64,000 nt of DNA from a virus. The first letter of the stretch is position 1, and each line of letters opens with the position of its first letter. Position numbers and translations under genes: made by a program. Below are positions 28,195 through 37,651 of this stretch, piece after piece. The notes beneath the pieces were generated by a model. The model searched no databases, was not told the origin of the DNA, and worked only from the letters and a program-made list of their open reading frames with translations. The DNA lies in IMG/VR virus record IMGVR_UViG_3300031419_000579. One strand, written 5' to 3'.

Positions 28195-28203
28195 ATCCTA
28201 TCA
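28195..28203 (-). promoter_or_regulatory. Extended -10 promoter element for the moron
   Basis: TGATAGGAT (TGnTAnnnT) ~30 nt upstream of ATG. Confidence 0.45.
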
Positions 28204-28229
28204 CGCAGCAAAAGCAAAGAACCGCAAAA

Positions 28230-28904
28230 CTAAGCGGCCTTTGCCATCCTCTTCGCTTTTCTCGCAAGATAATCATCAGTGACAGCATCGTATTCGGCCC
28301 GAGTAAATCCTTTTTGGTCTGGATACTTGGCTGCAAGCATGTGCTGAAACTCAGTCATGCTTAACTGCTCGGCGTCAGAGCGGCTAATGCCAAAGTGGTT
28401 ACGTGCTGCGCTGATGTACTCGAAAGCGTTGAACTCAGTAGTTACCTGCCCTGTTTCATTGCGCTGCAGCTGCCGCACCTTTGCCTTGCCGATGATGCCG
28501 TGGGTGATAAGGGATTGTGCGATGAGAACCATCTCAAACGAGGGCATCGAGCCTTTACGATAAACAAAGGCCCACTTGCCAGACTTGCCGGGGATAATCT
28601 CACCGATTAGCTTTGTCAGGTCTTTATCGCAGCAAGCCTGCAGTACAGACATTGCCGCCATAATCGCTGGTTTAGATATTTGCTGCCGGTTTAGGTACTG
28701 ATACAGCCACTTAGGAACGGAGTCATATGCATCAATTGCACGCTGAAGCAGTGGTGTCACCTCGTCGTTATGCAGGTCGTAAAAGGCCTGCACAATCTCC
28801 CTTGGCTCACCGATACGCATCATGCTTGCAAATGACGGGCGAAAGAAATAATCCTCATCCCCGTCCGTTATCAGGCATTCGCCGATCTCTTTGATAGGAG
28901 TCAT
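28230..28904 (-). CDS. Tail assembly chaperone (DUF6246-like)
   Basis: MTPIKEIGECLI...YFFRPSF..M.RIG.P.EIV; position before tape measure. Confidence 0.8.
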   Translation of the reverse strand: MTPIKEIGECLITDGDEDYFFRPSFASMMRIGEPREIVQAFYDLHNDEVTPLLQRAIDAYDSVPKWLYQYLNRQQISKPAIMAAMSVLQACCDKDLTKLIGEIIPGKSGKWAFVYRKGSMPSFEMVLIAQSLITHGIIGKAKVRQLQRNETGQVTTEFNAFEYISAARNHFGISRSDAEQLSMTEFQHMLAAKYPDQKGFTRAEYDAVTDDYLARKAKRMAKAA

Positions 28905-28905
28905 A

Positions 28906-29601
28906 TTAAGGCACCGTTATGCCACGTTCTCTCATGATATCCGCTATTTTATTCATCAGATCGACACATTCAGCAGTAGAAATAATTTCGTTATAGGCGC
29001 AGAACATGCCAATTGTGCCGGTTGTGCCAGCGGTAATTGGTGATGCAAATGGAAGACCGTTAAGGTAAATAGGGCTGGTTGATTTTGCGCGGGCTGTAAC
29101 AGCAGTCGTAGTCTCTGCCCCTGCATGAGTTATTCGCTTAACCATGGAGTTGCTCGCCTGATATGTTTGTACAGTCCAGCCTCCTGTATGTGTCGCGGGA
29201 GTAACACCAAATGTTGTAGGAGATGCAATACCTGACGCCACGAGAAATGATGCTGCGTTGTTTGTTCCAGTTCCAAGCCTCAGGCCAGTAAATGGAGCTG
29301 TAGCTGGAGACAGGTTTCCCAATGCATTAACAGCCTGCCCTGAAGCGCGTTCCATATTCCAGCAAACGATAAAGGTCATGTCGTCACGCTCAATAACGTT
29401 AGTATTGAGCGGCTTATCAGCTTCAAGAACCGCACCGATGCTATTAAAAGTGCCAGCGTAACCTAAGCTTAACGCTCCGGTAATCCCAGATGGGGATAGC
29501 ATGTCAAATACTTCAATTGTGGATTGGCGAATCAAAGCTTGTGCTGGCTCAATCATTGGCAGGTTTGGATTATCAATAACAGTATCGAGTGTTAAACGCA
29601 T
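28906..29601 (-). CDS. Putative LamG/jelly-roll accessory fibre protein
   Basis: Beta-rich, Gly/Thr-rich; coupled to the SGNH fibre gene (2-nt gap). Confidence 0.55.
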   Translation of the reverse strand: MRLTLDTVIDNPNLPMIEPAQALIRQSTIEVFDMLSPSGITGALSLGYAGTFNSIGAVLEADKPLNTNVIERDDMTFIVCWNMERASGQAVNALGNLSPATAPFTGLRLGTGTNNAASFLVASGIASPTTFGVTPATHTGGWTVQTYQASNSMVKRITHAGAETTTAVTARAKSTSPIYLNGLPFASPITAGTTGTIGMFCAYNEIISTAECVDLMNKIADIMRERGITVP

Positions 29602-29603
29602 TT

Positions 29604-31826
29604 TTAAACTCCGATTATTTTATGAAGGCCGATCTGCCCAATACTCAAATCAATTCCAGAAATAGCCACGTTTAAAGATGTCACCCCTGCTGGAACAGTA
29701 AAGCGCTGGCTATATGTTCCGAATGTATCCATCGTTGCCGCCCAGCGCCTGATGCCTGCAAGAATACCTGTAAGTGCAAAAGGATTGGCTGCGCTGTTCA
29801 CCCAGACATTGTTCTCACCGCCGGAGTTAGCCTTAAATTTGAGGCTAAATTCGAGAACATCACCAGGAGTTACAGCAATCGTCTGGCTGCGCGTTGCAGG
29901 TGTTGTCCCGTCAGCGCTGGCAACACGCAAGACATTGCCTTTAACCGCAGAATCACTCGTCAGATTAGATGTCCCAGCCGTCCCAATGAGCCATGCAGTT
30001 GGCTCATTGGGACCGTCAATATTGAGTAAAAGCGGGTTAGCAATTAGATTGGTACTCGTTTCCGGCGTTGTGTTACTTTCAGCCATTCGTGGAGAGACAT
30101 TTGAAACCCAGTTAACCATTGCATCTACCAGTGCCTGACCCATCGCCTTTGCTCCGGCCGCTGTGGGATGAGAGGCATCATAATTCCACCCGCTGAACCA
30201 TTGTCCTGTAGCCGGATCGGTAGTTGCTTTATGCATATCAACAAATGGCAGGCTGTATTTTTCTGCGTATGACCGGATCCACTCGTTCATTTTGTAGCGT
30301 TTAACATCCTGCGCAGCGGTGTTCCCGCTTTGCGCTGACATCGAGCAACATACGGGAATAATCCCGCTTCGGCGAAGCTCTGAATAAATAGCGTTTATTG
30401 CCTTAATGCTTTGCTCGTACGTATAGCTTGCGATCTGAACGATATCGTTTCGACCAGCCAGCACTACGCAGAACTTAGGCTTTGCAGCAATGGCAACTGG
30501 CACATGAGTAGCAAGTATCTGATCTGCGCGATACCCACCTGTTGCAGATAGCCCGGTTTTGAGAATTCTTCCGTCACTTAGCATCCCAGCCCAGACAGGC
30601 CAGCCCTGAGCACAAACGGCTGGCTTCTGCCCGCGCGTAACGTCGTTATAAGCCCCCGCAGTTGCTTCAGTGAATGCAGTAATGGAATCACCGATAAAAA
30701 AGAAATCATTTTTTACCTGCCCTACTTGCTGGCTTAGCGGGAATCCCAAATATTCTTTCGAACCATCATTCAGGGTTCCCCAAAGCACATGCCCTTGCGC
30801 ATCTGTCTCTGCATAGGAGTAACGTGTACTTTTTTTTGGACTGAAAACGTTCCTGCCGATTCCCAATGAGATTTCGGCGGCAACATTACCGATATTCGCT
30901 GTTTCTGCGGTAATTTGAGGTGTACTTACATTTTCGATATCGAGCTCATCTATTTTTGCTCCACCCGGGAAAAACCACTTGCCAGCCGAGTCACAATAGG
31001 TGATTGCCTTGCCAGCAGTATCGATTATTTCATAAGCGTATTTAGATCTCTTTTGGGATTTGATACCTTGAGTTCGCGCATCAACCCTATCTGCTGCCAG
31101 TCGCGCTGCTTCTGCAAGCGCCGTGCCCGCGATATAGGATGTTTCTTGCGCGACTCCACTATTATTAAGATATGTAATTATCGCCGTATCCGACCCAACG
31201 CCCTGTGCTACGGAGAATGATTGACCGGCCGTTGTGCTGGACAGTCCGGTCTGGATATCTGGCATCAATCCCGTAGTGGCAACCGCAGATTTTGCTGATT
31301 CAGCTGCTGCCTCAGCAGCTCTGCGATCTTCTGCTGTATGAGCTGCCTGTTCAGTAGCCGCCTGACTCGCTGCCAAAGCGACACCTTTTGCCTGCAAAGC
31401 TTGCGTCGCCTGAGCTGATGCCACCTGAGCAGCGTCACTTACGCCTGCGACCTGACTGGCTACATCACGGGCAGCTTTACGAGTGCCTTTGTACCACTCC
31501 CGAATTTCAGCATATACAGTAGGTGTTGCGAGTACCGGGTCTGAGAATACGACGTAATCGTTAAGCGTTCCCGGCTCGCTTCCATCCTCCAGGTTCATCA
31601 CGCCAATAATGACCTTTCGACTGTCATTGCCGTAACTGACAAATACGCGGTAAATGCCTTCGGAAAGATTGAAGGCATACTCACCATTTTCACCGGTTAT
31701 CTGCGATACATCCATACCGACAAATGCGGTTCCTGAGTTCCTGATTAGCACAATGTCAATTCTCGCCCCGGCCTGTGGAGCTCCTGACGGGTCGGTAAAA
31801 TTGCCGCTGATAATTATTTCGGCCAT
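29604..31826 (-). CDS. Tail-fibre-like protein with SGNH/GDSL esterase domain
   Basis: Prophage tail-fibre N-term (IISGNFTDPSG...GEYAF...PGTLND), Ala-rich coil, SGNH blocks FIGDSIT / LAGRND / DASHPT, CBM-like C-terminus. Confidence 0.85.
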   Translation of the reverse strand: MAEIIISGNFTDPSGAPQAGARIDIVLIRNSGTAFVGMDVSQITGENGEYAFNLSEGIYRVFVSYGNDSRKVIIGVMNLEDGSEPGTLNDYVVFSDPVLATPTVYAEIREWYKGTRKAARDVASQVAGVSDAAQVASAQATQALQAKGVALAASQAATEQAAHTAEDRRAAEAAAESAKSAVATTGLMPDIQTGLSSTTAGQSFSVAQGVGSDTAIITYLNNSGVAQETSYIAGTALAEAARLAADRVDARTQGIKSQKRSKYAYEIIDTAGKAITYCDSAGKWFFPGGAKIDELDIENVSTPQITAETANIGNVAAEISLGIGRNVFSPKKSTRYSYAETDAQGHVLWGTLNDGSKEYLGFPLSQQVGQVKNDFFFIGDSITAFTEATAGAYNDVTRGQKPAVCAQGWPVWAGMLSDGRILKTGLSATGGYRADQILATHVPVAIAAKPKFCVVLAGRNDIVQIASYTYEQSIKAINAIYSELRRSGIIPVCCSMSAQSGNTAAQDVKRYKMNEWIRSYAEKYSLPFVDMHKATTDPATGQWFSGWNYDASHPTAAGAKAMGQALVDAMVNWVSNVSPRMAESNTTPETSTNLIANPLLLNIDGPNEPTAWLIGTAGTSNLTSDSAVKGNVLRVASADGTTPATRSQTIAVTPGDVLEFSLKFKANSGGENNVWVNSAANPFALTGILAGIRRWAATMDTFGTYSQRFTVPAGVTSLNVAISGIDLSIGQIGLHKIIGV

Positions 31827-31853
31827 AAAGTCCTCTTTGCTCGGGGCAAGATA

Positions 31854-32600
31854 TTACGCGGTGATGGTTACAGCAGTGGTGCCAACCTTAGCGCCATCAG
31901 TGGTTGTGAACGTGGCATTGCCAGTTCCAGCAGCCACACCGGTAATCAGGCCAGCATTGCTAATGGTGAACTTGGTTGGGTCAGAGGAAGCCCATGTGCC
32001 ACTCTTGTCAGTCGCATTGGATGGTGCGACGGTAGCGGTCAGCTGACGGGTAGCGCCTACTGCCAGAGAGGTAGTCGCAGGTGTCAGAGTCACGCCAGTA
32101 ACGGCAACAACGTCGCCATCTTCGATTTTGGTAACCATTACGGTTGTGCCATCAGCAACTTTGAATTCAGTGCTGAAAGTCACAATGTCATTAGTGCCGC
32201 CATCTGTACTGAGTGCGGTGATGACCATATAGCCCTGAAACTCAATTGGCCCGATTTCAACGCGAAGCCAGATTGTCGGCTGGCGGCCAGCGCTGATTTC
32301 TGTGGTGAAGTAATTTACGAAGTTACCGAAACCGAACTGGTCCAGGCGGTCGCGTTTACGTACTTCTCCGTCAAATCCTACGGTGCCGTCAGCATTGGTT
32401 GTCAGGTTCTCAACCCAGCCACCCGTATCGTCCGCGTCTGAGTTTGTGGTATTAGGCGAGAAGTCGAGAGTCTTTGATGTGCCGGCAGCAAGTGATTTCC
32501 ACTCCGACTCCGTTGGAACCGTGTCGGGACATCCCAGCGCGACTTCCAGCACTACATTTCGGCCAAAAGTTTTGCCGTTTTCGGTTGAGCAGCCTTGCAT
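31854..32600 (-). CDS. Major tail tube protein with C-terminal Ig-like (Big_2) domain
   Basis: Start MQGCSTENG; C-term VAVTGVTLTPATTSLAVGATRQLTATVAPSNATDK. Confidence 0.92.
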   Translation of the reverse strand: MQGCSTENGKTFGRNVVLEVALGCPDTVPTESEWKSLAAGTSKTLDFSPNTTNSDADDTGGWVENLTTNADGTVGFDGEVRKRDRLDQFGFGNFVNYFTTEISAGRQPTIWLRVEIGPIEFQGYMVITALSTDGGTNDIVTFSTEFKVADGTTVMVTKIEDGDVVAVTGVTLTPATTSLAVGATRQLTATVAPSNATDKSGTWASSDPTKFTISNAGLITGVAAGTGNATFTTTDGAKVGTTAVTITA

Positions 32601-32668
32601 ATTTGCTTGCCTCTTTTTCAGATAATAAAAAAGGCCGCACTTGGCGACCTTGTTTGACGTGATGTTGG

Positions 32669-33052
32669 TTACTCGCCGAATAGGCAAGCGAATTGAAGCC
32701 GATAGACCAGGCGGCCTTCAGCGGTTGGAACTGGCGCAGGGTAGCCGCCCATATTTTCTATGTGTCCGATGCAGTCATTAGGCATGGGAAAGGTTTGGAC
32801 GTATTCGATAATTGCGCTTGCTGCATCATCTGCATCCTGATTGCGGTCTTTGGCTCCGATGACGTCAACAAGAACGTAATACTCAGAACCAAGATTATTG
32901 CGTATCGCCGAGCCGCCATTAGGCCGGAACACGATGAATTTATCGCTCCCCTTTCCTGTGTCCTTCCATGCAAGCCGCTGCACAATAAAGTTGTCACACA
33001 GACCGGCACCTAAAAACAGGTCATGCACCCGGCGATACATTGGAGGGTTCAA
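32669..33052 (-). CDS. Tail terminator-like protein
   Basis: Position before tail tube; size 127 aa. Confidence 0.65.
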   Translation of the reverse strand: MNPPMYRRVHDLFLGAGLCDNFIVQRLAWKDTGKGSDKFIVFRPNGGSAIRNNLGSEYYVLVDVIGAKDRNQDADDAASAIIEYVQTFPMPNDCIGHIENMGGYPAPVPTAEGRLVYRLQFACLFGE

Positions 33053-33417
33053 AGTGACATCTCCTTAGCTATGGCGCTTTCAATGGCGCCAAGCTCTTCT
33101 TCGAAGCCTTTAGTCAGGAATTCTTTTTTCGCTGTTGACCTGCGGAATCGTTGAACATTGGCAGGGTCATGGACGAGTGCGGCATAGTTAGCCGTGTAAC
33201 CTACCCGCCCGGTGATTCTCACGCCGTTAACAATAATTTCTCTGAACTGACTATTAATCAGGAATGATGTGTCTATAGGCGTGTACAGCGCCGCACGAGC
33301 ACCGCCGATAATCATCGCACTTGTCAGAGCGCGAACGATTCTCCTGTCCTCAATGTTGTCGATTGTCCGGTTAACGTTCCGGGACACCTGCTTGATGCCC
33401 TTAACTTTCACGCCCAT
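33049..33417 (-). CDS. Neck protein (HK97 gp10-like)
   Basis: MGVKVKGI...YTPIDTSFLINS...VGYTANYAALVH...KEFL. Confidence 0.8.
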   Translation of the reverse strand: MGVKVKGIKQVSRNVNRTIDNIEDRRIVRALTSAMIIGGARAALYTPIDTSFLINSQFREIIVNGVRITGRVGYTANYAALVHDPANVQRFRRSTAKKEFLTKGFEEELGAIESAIAKEMSL

Positions 33418-33418
33418 A

Positions 33419-33766
33419 TCAGACTCCGGTAATAATCGCCCAATCGTCTGTCAGACGCTCAAACGTGTCCGCATAACGAATGGATTGCATCACCTCATCA
33501 GCACCAGCATCAACAGGGTCTGGGTTGGAGGATGCACCGATAAGAATGTAATCACCAACATCGGCCAGCGCGTATTCAGTCCAAATGGTGTTTTTTACCA
33601 CACTCTCTGAACCGATATCGCCAAGCCGTTTGGATAACCCCCCCTGATAATCAGCCATAATGACCAGAGGTTCAGACCAGCCGAGCGAATCGCCCGCCTC
33701 ATCGTTACCGAGTCGCTTCCAGATGGTGCACGGCGCTGTATATGACCAGTTAGCTGTAGATGACAT
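33419..33766 (-). CDS. Head closure/head-tail adaptor
   Basis: WSYTAPCTIW motif; head-completion cluster. Confidence 0.7.
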   Translation of the reverse strand: MSSTANWSYTAPCTIWKRLGNDEAGDSLGWSEPLVIMADYQGGLSKRLGDIGSESVVKNTIWTEYALADVGDYILIGASSNPDPVDAGADEVMQSIRYADTFERLTDDWAIITGV

Positions 33767-33768
33767 TG

Positions 33769-33936
33769 CTATTCCCTCCAGCTAACGACAGTTGGATGCT
33801 CAGCAGCAATGCGAGAGCAGTTAATCCGCCACTTTCCAGCCTCGTTAATGTACCCAGTAGCCTGTGCGCCGTTGTCGGTTTTCACCCACACCCGGCTGAA
33901 TGCCCTCGGTAGTTTTTCCGATACAGGAACCCACAT
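33769..33936 (-). CDS. Small DUF551-like protein (55 aa, below ORF-track cutoff)
   Basis: MWVPVSEKLP...VWVKTDNG...VVSWRE; start overlaps upstream stop. Confidence 0.6.
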   Translation of the reverse strand: MWVPVSEKLPRAFSRVWVKTDNGAQATGYINEAGKWRINCSRIAAEHPTVVSWRE

Positions 33937-34313
33937 CAGCAGCCCCCCACGACGTCAAAGAATCCAACGCTACTACCTACATCAATCGGCAGTAATGAAG
34001 TACAGCCAGACGTATCGAGAGCGGCGAGAGTGTTGCGCATAGTCTTCACATCGCCGCTGTAATCAAATGAACGGGACGCCCCTGAAGGCGCTGACTGTGA
34101 CTTAATGCGCTGGCTGTATGCGGTGATAGCCATCAACGTCACGGCGTACACCTGAATCAGCATCAGATCGCATTCATCGTAGCCAGCCGCCTCCAGGCAC
34201 ATGCTTATGCTGCCCAACTTGCACAGGTAGGCATCAACCATGAAGTCTGGCACCGAGTAACCAAGCGCAGATAACTGCTGTTTAACCTGCGCTGCCGTTA
34301 TCTGCACTGACAT
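33936..34313 (-). CDS. Head-tail connector protein
   Basis: RIKSQSAPSGASRSF motif; follows capsid genes. Confidence 0.75.
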   Translation of the reverse strand: MSVQITAAQVKQQLSALGYSVPDFMVDAYLCKLGSISMCLEAAGYDECDLMLIQVYAVTLMAITAYSQRIKSQSAPSGASRSFDYSGDVKTMRNTLAALDTSGCTSLLPIDVGSSVGFFDVVGGC

Positions 34314-34315
34314 GG

Positions 34316-34684
34316 TTACTTATCCTTTTTGATTGCGGCCGCCAGCGCTGCTTCGGCTTCGTCAGCTCGCTTAGTTTCTGCTTCCAACGCGTCAGCGTGC
34401 TCTTTCTCTTTGCTCACAGCGGCTTCCTGCAGTTGTTTAACCTGTTCCAGCGCGTCATCAAGCTTAGATTGCAGCACCGATGTATCAGTGCTTACAGGTG
34501 CAGATGGTGTAGCCACTTCAAAGGTCAGCTTTTCACTGGCCTTCTCTTTCGAAGCTTCTGCCTTACCCTGCTCAACCCATTTTTCCGCGATGGTGTTGTC
34601 AACGTCGTAAACCTTGCCAATCTCCAACTTCTGAAGATTGGCACCAGCGAAAATGTTTGAAACCAGAATTTTCACAAGTGCCAT
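34316..34684 (-). CDS. Phage structural hypothetical protein with coiled-coil C-terminus
   Basis: Intact ORF after major capsid gene. Confidence 0.65.
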   Translation of the reverse strand: MALVKILVSNIFAGANLQKLEIGKVYDVDNTIAEKWVEQGKAEASKEKASEKLTFEVATPSAPVSTDTSVLQSKLDDALEQVKQLQEAAVSKEKEHADALEAETKRADEAEAALAAAIKKDK

Positions 34685-34693
34685 GATTGCTCC

Positions 34694-35776
34694 TTAGCTT
34701 GAGGCATAAATGACAGAGAAATGACCAGCGATGTCCTGTTTAACCATCAAGCCAGCAGCGCCCCAAGTGCGCCAGATGTAGTCGCTGTTGTAGAACTGAC
34801 GTGGATCGGCAACGGTGCCGAAGGCCTGGCCCACGATTGGTGCGATAACGCCAGCCTGCAGGGGAACAATCAGAATTTGATTCCCGGTGAGCTTGGCATC
34901 CTCTTTGATCGCAACAATACCTGTCAGCTTCAGCAAATCTTCCATCACCGTAGGCGCAGCATAATTATTAGAAATGCGGTGCTTTTCGAGATTGGAAGTG
35001 ATTTCACCAGAAACATACCAGGTCTGCTGGCCGTACTGCAGGTTGGTAAGCTTCAGTACATCACGCAGGCGGATAGCCTCTGCACGCATGGCTTCCGGGT
35101 CGGTGCTGGTTGTGAAGTTAAGGTTCAAAGTCACCTGAGCAACACGCTCATCAGCACGAAGACCTTTCCATGTCTTTCCGTCAAAGTTGATAAAGTTACC
35201 TGCAGAATCACGGAAGCCGCCCCAGATGTAATCAACGTACTGGCGACGTACATCATTGACAGAGCCAGACTGAGCATCAGCCAGTGAGGACAGCGCATTG
35301 CCTTTGTTGAATACCGGGTCGCGCCAGTTGAACTTGAAGCCGGAGTCATGGATAGGAACCATGGTGCCGTCAAATGTGTAGCTCTTGGCATCCAGAGCTG
35401 CACCAATCTGTCCTGACATGGAAGTGTGAGCCCAGCCACGTCCGCCAGTGCGGGCGTACTCATACACAGACTCTTCCAGGCGTACCGAGCGAGACAGCGG
35501 CATCAGGTCATTTAGAAGCATGAACTCTGTGTTCGGCTCAAACTCTGCCAGCACCGTCTGGTCATAGGCTTTATACAGGCGACGAATATCATCGACAGCG
35601 TTTACTGCATCCAGTGCCGGAGCGTTGGCAGCCTCACCGCGCACACGAGTACGGGCGATGAAATCAGCCACTGCCTGAGCGCTGGAATTACGAGCGAACT
35701 GGAGTTCCTGGAACTGAGCGGTGTTAGCCTCAAGGTTCCGGGTCTCGGTCGCCTTCTTAACGGAAAATACAAACAT
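34694..35776 (-). CDS. Major capsid protein
   Basis: 360 aa from MFVFSVKK; position after scaffold/decoration genes. Confidence 0.85.
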   Translation of the reverse strand: MFVFSVKKATETRNLEANTAQFQELQFARNSSAQAVADFIARTRVRGEAANAPALDAVNAVDDIRRLYKAYDQTVLAEFEPNTEFMLLNDLMPLSRSVRLEESVYEYARTGGRGWAHTSMSGQIGAALDAKSYTFDGTMVPIHDSGFKFNWRDPVFNKGNALSSLADAQSGSVNDVRRQYVDYIWGGFRDSAGNFINFDGKTWKGLRADERVAQVTLNLNFTTSTDPEAMRAEAIRLRDVLKLTNLQYGQQTWYVSGEITSNLEKHRISNNYAAPTVMEDLLKLTGIVAIKEDAKLTGNQILIVPLQAGVIAPIVGQAFGTVADPRQFYNSDYIWRTWGAAGLMVKQDIAGHFSVIYASS

Positions 35777-35786
35777 TCGGTGCTCC

Positions 35787-36224
35787 TTACTTAATAACAA
35801 CGCGCAGGAGGTCACCTGCCGCAACGGTATATGCGCGATCTTCTTCCACAAACGCACGGATAGATTCACCCTCTGCTGCCGCCTTCACGCGACCATTAAC
35901 TACAGAGAGAGGCTGGCCTTTGGTATATGTGCCGGCAGCTGCTGGGATATTGAAGAAGACACCCGGTGTTGGATGAAATGCTACTACCCAATCACCAGCG
36001 GCAATGGTGTCATCCACCGTTTTGCATCGCAGGTAGTCATAGTTAGCAACATACAAAATCGCATCTTCGTCGCCATCAACTGATGCAGTGAATTTCTTGG
36101 TCGTATTGTCGAAGAAACCTACTGTACCGGGTGCAGTGGCTGCAGCTGCAGCTCCTTCACGGTGCAATTGTGGGTTTGCGAAGATGCCGCCCGCATGAAT
36201 GACGTGCTTTCCATCTTTAGCCAT
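35787..36224 (-). CDS. Head decoration/capsid accessory protein
   Basis: Small Gly/Ala-rich ORF between DUF2213 gene and capsid. Confidence 0.7.
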   Translation of the reverse strand: MAKDGKHVIHAGGIFANPQLHREGAAAAATAPGTVGFFDNTTKKFTASVDGDEDAILYVANYDYLRCKTVDDTIAAGDWVVAFHPTPGVFFNIPAAAGTYTKGQPLSVVNGRVKAAAEGESIRAFVEEDRAYTVAAGDLLRVVIK

Positions 36225-36227
36225 TAT

Positions 36228-37625
36228 TTACTCCGGAATTTCGCTGAAAGATTGGTTGGTAGTGGTCTGACGGAAAGAACCGTTCAGGCCAATTGAGGTC
36301 TGGCATTGAGCAAACAGCTCATTCAGCGGTTCGCCGTCCAGCGCGTTCACAGCGATATCGGTCATGCCGAATTTAGCTTTCACAGCAGCACGCTTTTCGG
36401 TTTTCTCTTTGTCAGAGTTGGCGGTGAACTGGGTGTTTAGCGCCGATACCTGGTCAGAAAGCGCTTTAGCCCATGCTGGCATTTCTTCGCCATTGGCGGC
36501 AGTGTCTTTCGCTTTCTTCTCATCCGCTTCTTTCTTTTCGCGGGCGGCTTTCTCTTCCGGTGATTCGGATTTACCGGCTGCCTTTTCTGCAGCCATCTGG
36601 TTGTATGCGTCCATCAGCTCTGCATCGGATTTGCCTTCTGTCGGCTTACCAGCTGCTTTTAGCGCATTAACGATTAGGTCTTTCATCGGATCATCTTCTC
36701 CGTTAGTTTTAATTTCGTACTCAGTAGGTTTGCGCACGACTTCCACAGGTTCGCCGACGAATACGGCTTTGCCGTCATCATCGATGAGGTACTTCTGTTT
36801 GAAATAGCTGACGTCATCTCTATAGATGAATGAGTCAGGCCAGACGCTCTCTGCCCATGTCCATTTATCTTCACTACGACCTTCGCGAAGCTTGTCGCTG
36901 ATGGCTCGATTGATATCGTCGAATGAGTAATTTGAGGCGTTGGTGAAGAAGAATTTTGCTTTATTTAGTAGCCCTTCTCTTGTCAGGTCGGCGGCTTCTG
37001 AAAGCCTGGCAATCTCAACCTCCTGCTCATCACCTTCGGCATTTACGAAAATGCCGACCCCATCTCCTGGCGTGCCAGCTCCCGGCTCATCAAGCAGCAC
37101 AGCGACGTGGTCAAACATCATGTTGGTAGCGATTTCGTTGTACTTTTTACCCTTAGATTCGCCATTTGCAGCAATGCCGGAGTAAAGCAAACCCGTTGAT
37201 ATGTGGATTGGCTCCGCATTCTTGCCTGACGCCATATCATCCAGCCGATTGACCAGTCGCTTACCTTTTTCGCTGCTCTCTGCGTATTGGCGGTCGACAT
37301 ACATATCGCCATCCACTTTTCCATCTTTGTGACTGACGTTCTGTAGCCATGCGCCGACGTGATAGTTATTTACAGCCCGAACATCACGGGCTGATACGTG
37401 CTTGCCGTCCACCTTTGGATGACCAAGCGGCATAGGGTTTCGCTCGAGGGTGTTATATGCCTTTCCGATTTCTGCTGCCGGGTACAACTTCCGGTTCATC
37501 ACGATGTCATCAACGACAGGCGTGATGCCGCGAACCACGATGTGTGGTTTACCGTCGATGGTTTCAGTGGTGATGTTTGAAGCGGAGTTGACGACGGTCA
37601 GCACGTTAACGCGATTGCGTTTCAT
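36228..37625 (-). CDS. DUF2213-like prohead protease/scaffold
   Basis: PMPLGHP, ISTG, FDHVAVLLDEPGAG motifs; charged scaffold-like C-terminus. Confidence 0.85.
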   Translation of the reverse strand: MKRNRVNVLTVVNSASNITTETIDGKPHIVVRGITPVVDDIVMNRKLYPAAEIGKAYNTLERNPMPLGHPKVDGKHVSARDVRAVNNYHVGAWLQNVSHKDGKVDGDMYVDRQYAESSEKGKRLVNRLDDMASGKNAEPIHISTGLLYSGIAANGESKGKKYNEIATNMMFDHVAVLLDEPGAGTPGDGVGIFVNAEGDEQEVEIARLSEAADLTREGLLNKAKFFFTNASNYSFDDINRAISDKLREGRSEDKWTWAESVWPDSFIYRDDVSYFKQKYLIDDDGKAVFVGEPVEVVRKPTEYEIKTNGEDDPMKDLIVNALKAAGKPTEGKSDAELMDAYNQMAAEKAAGKSESPEEKAAREKKEADEKKAKDTAANGEEMPAWAKALSDQVSALNTQFTANSDKEKTEKRAAVKAKFGMTDIAVNALDGEPLNELFAQCQTSIGLNGSFRQTTTNQSFSEIPE

Positions 37626-37651
37626 GCTGTGTCCTCATTGATGTGGTTTTG

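Noticed and set aside
28230-28904. Programmed -1 frameshift in the tail chaperone
   Set aside because: No canonical slippery heptamer with a downstream alternative ORF was found; the gene reads as one frame.
18328-31826. Diversity-generating retroelement or invertible tail-fibre switch
   Set aside because: No reverse transcriptase, invertase, template/variable repeat pair or inverted crossover sites found near either receptor-binding gene.
36364-36807. 147-aa Ser/Ala/Phe-rich plus-strand ORF
   Set aside because: Mirror translation of the Glu/Lys-rich scaffold region.
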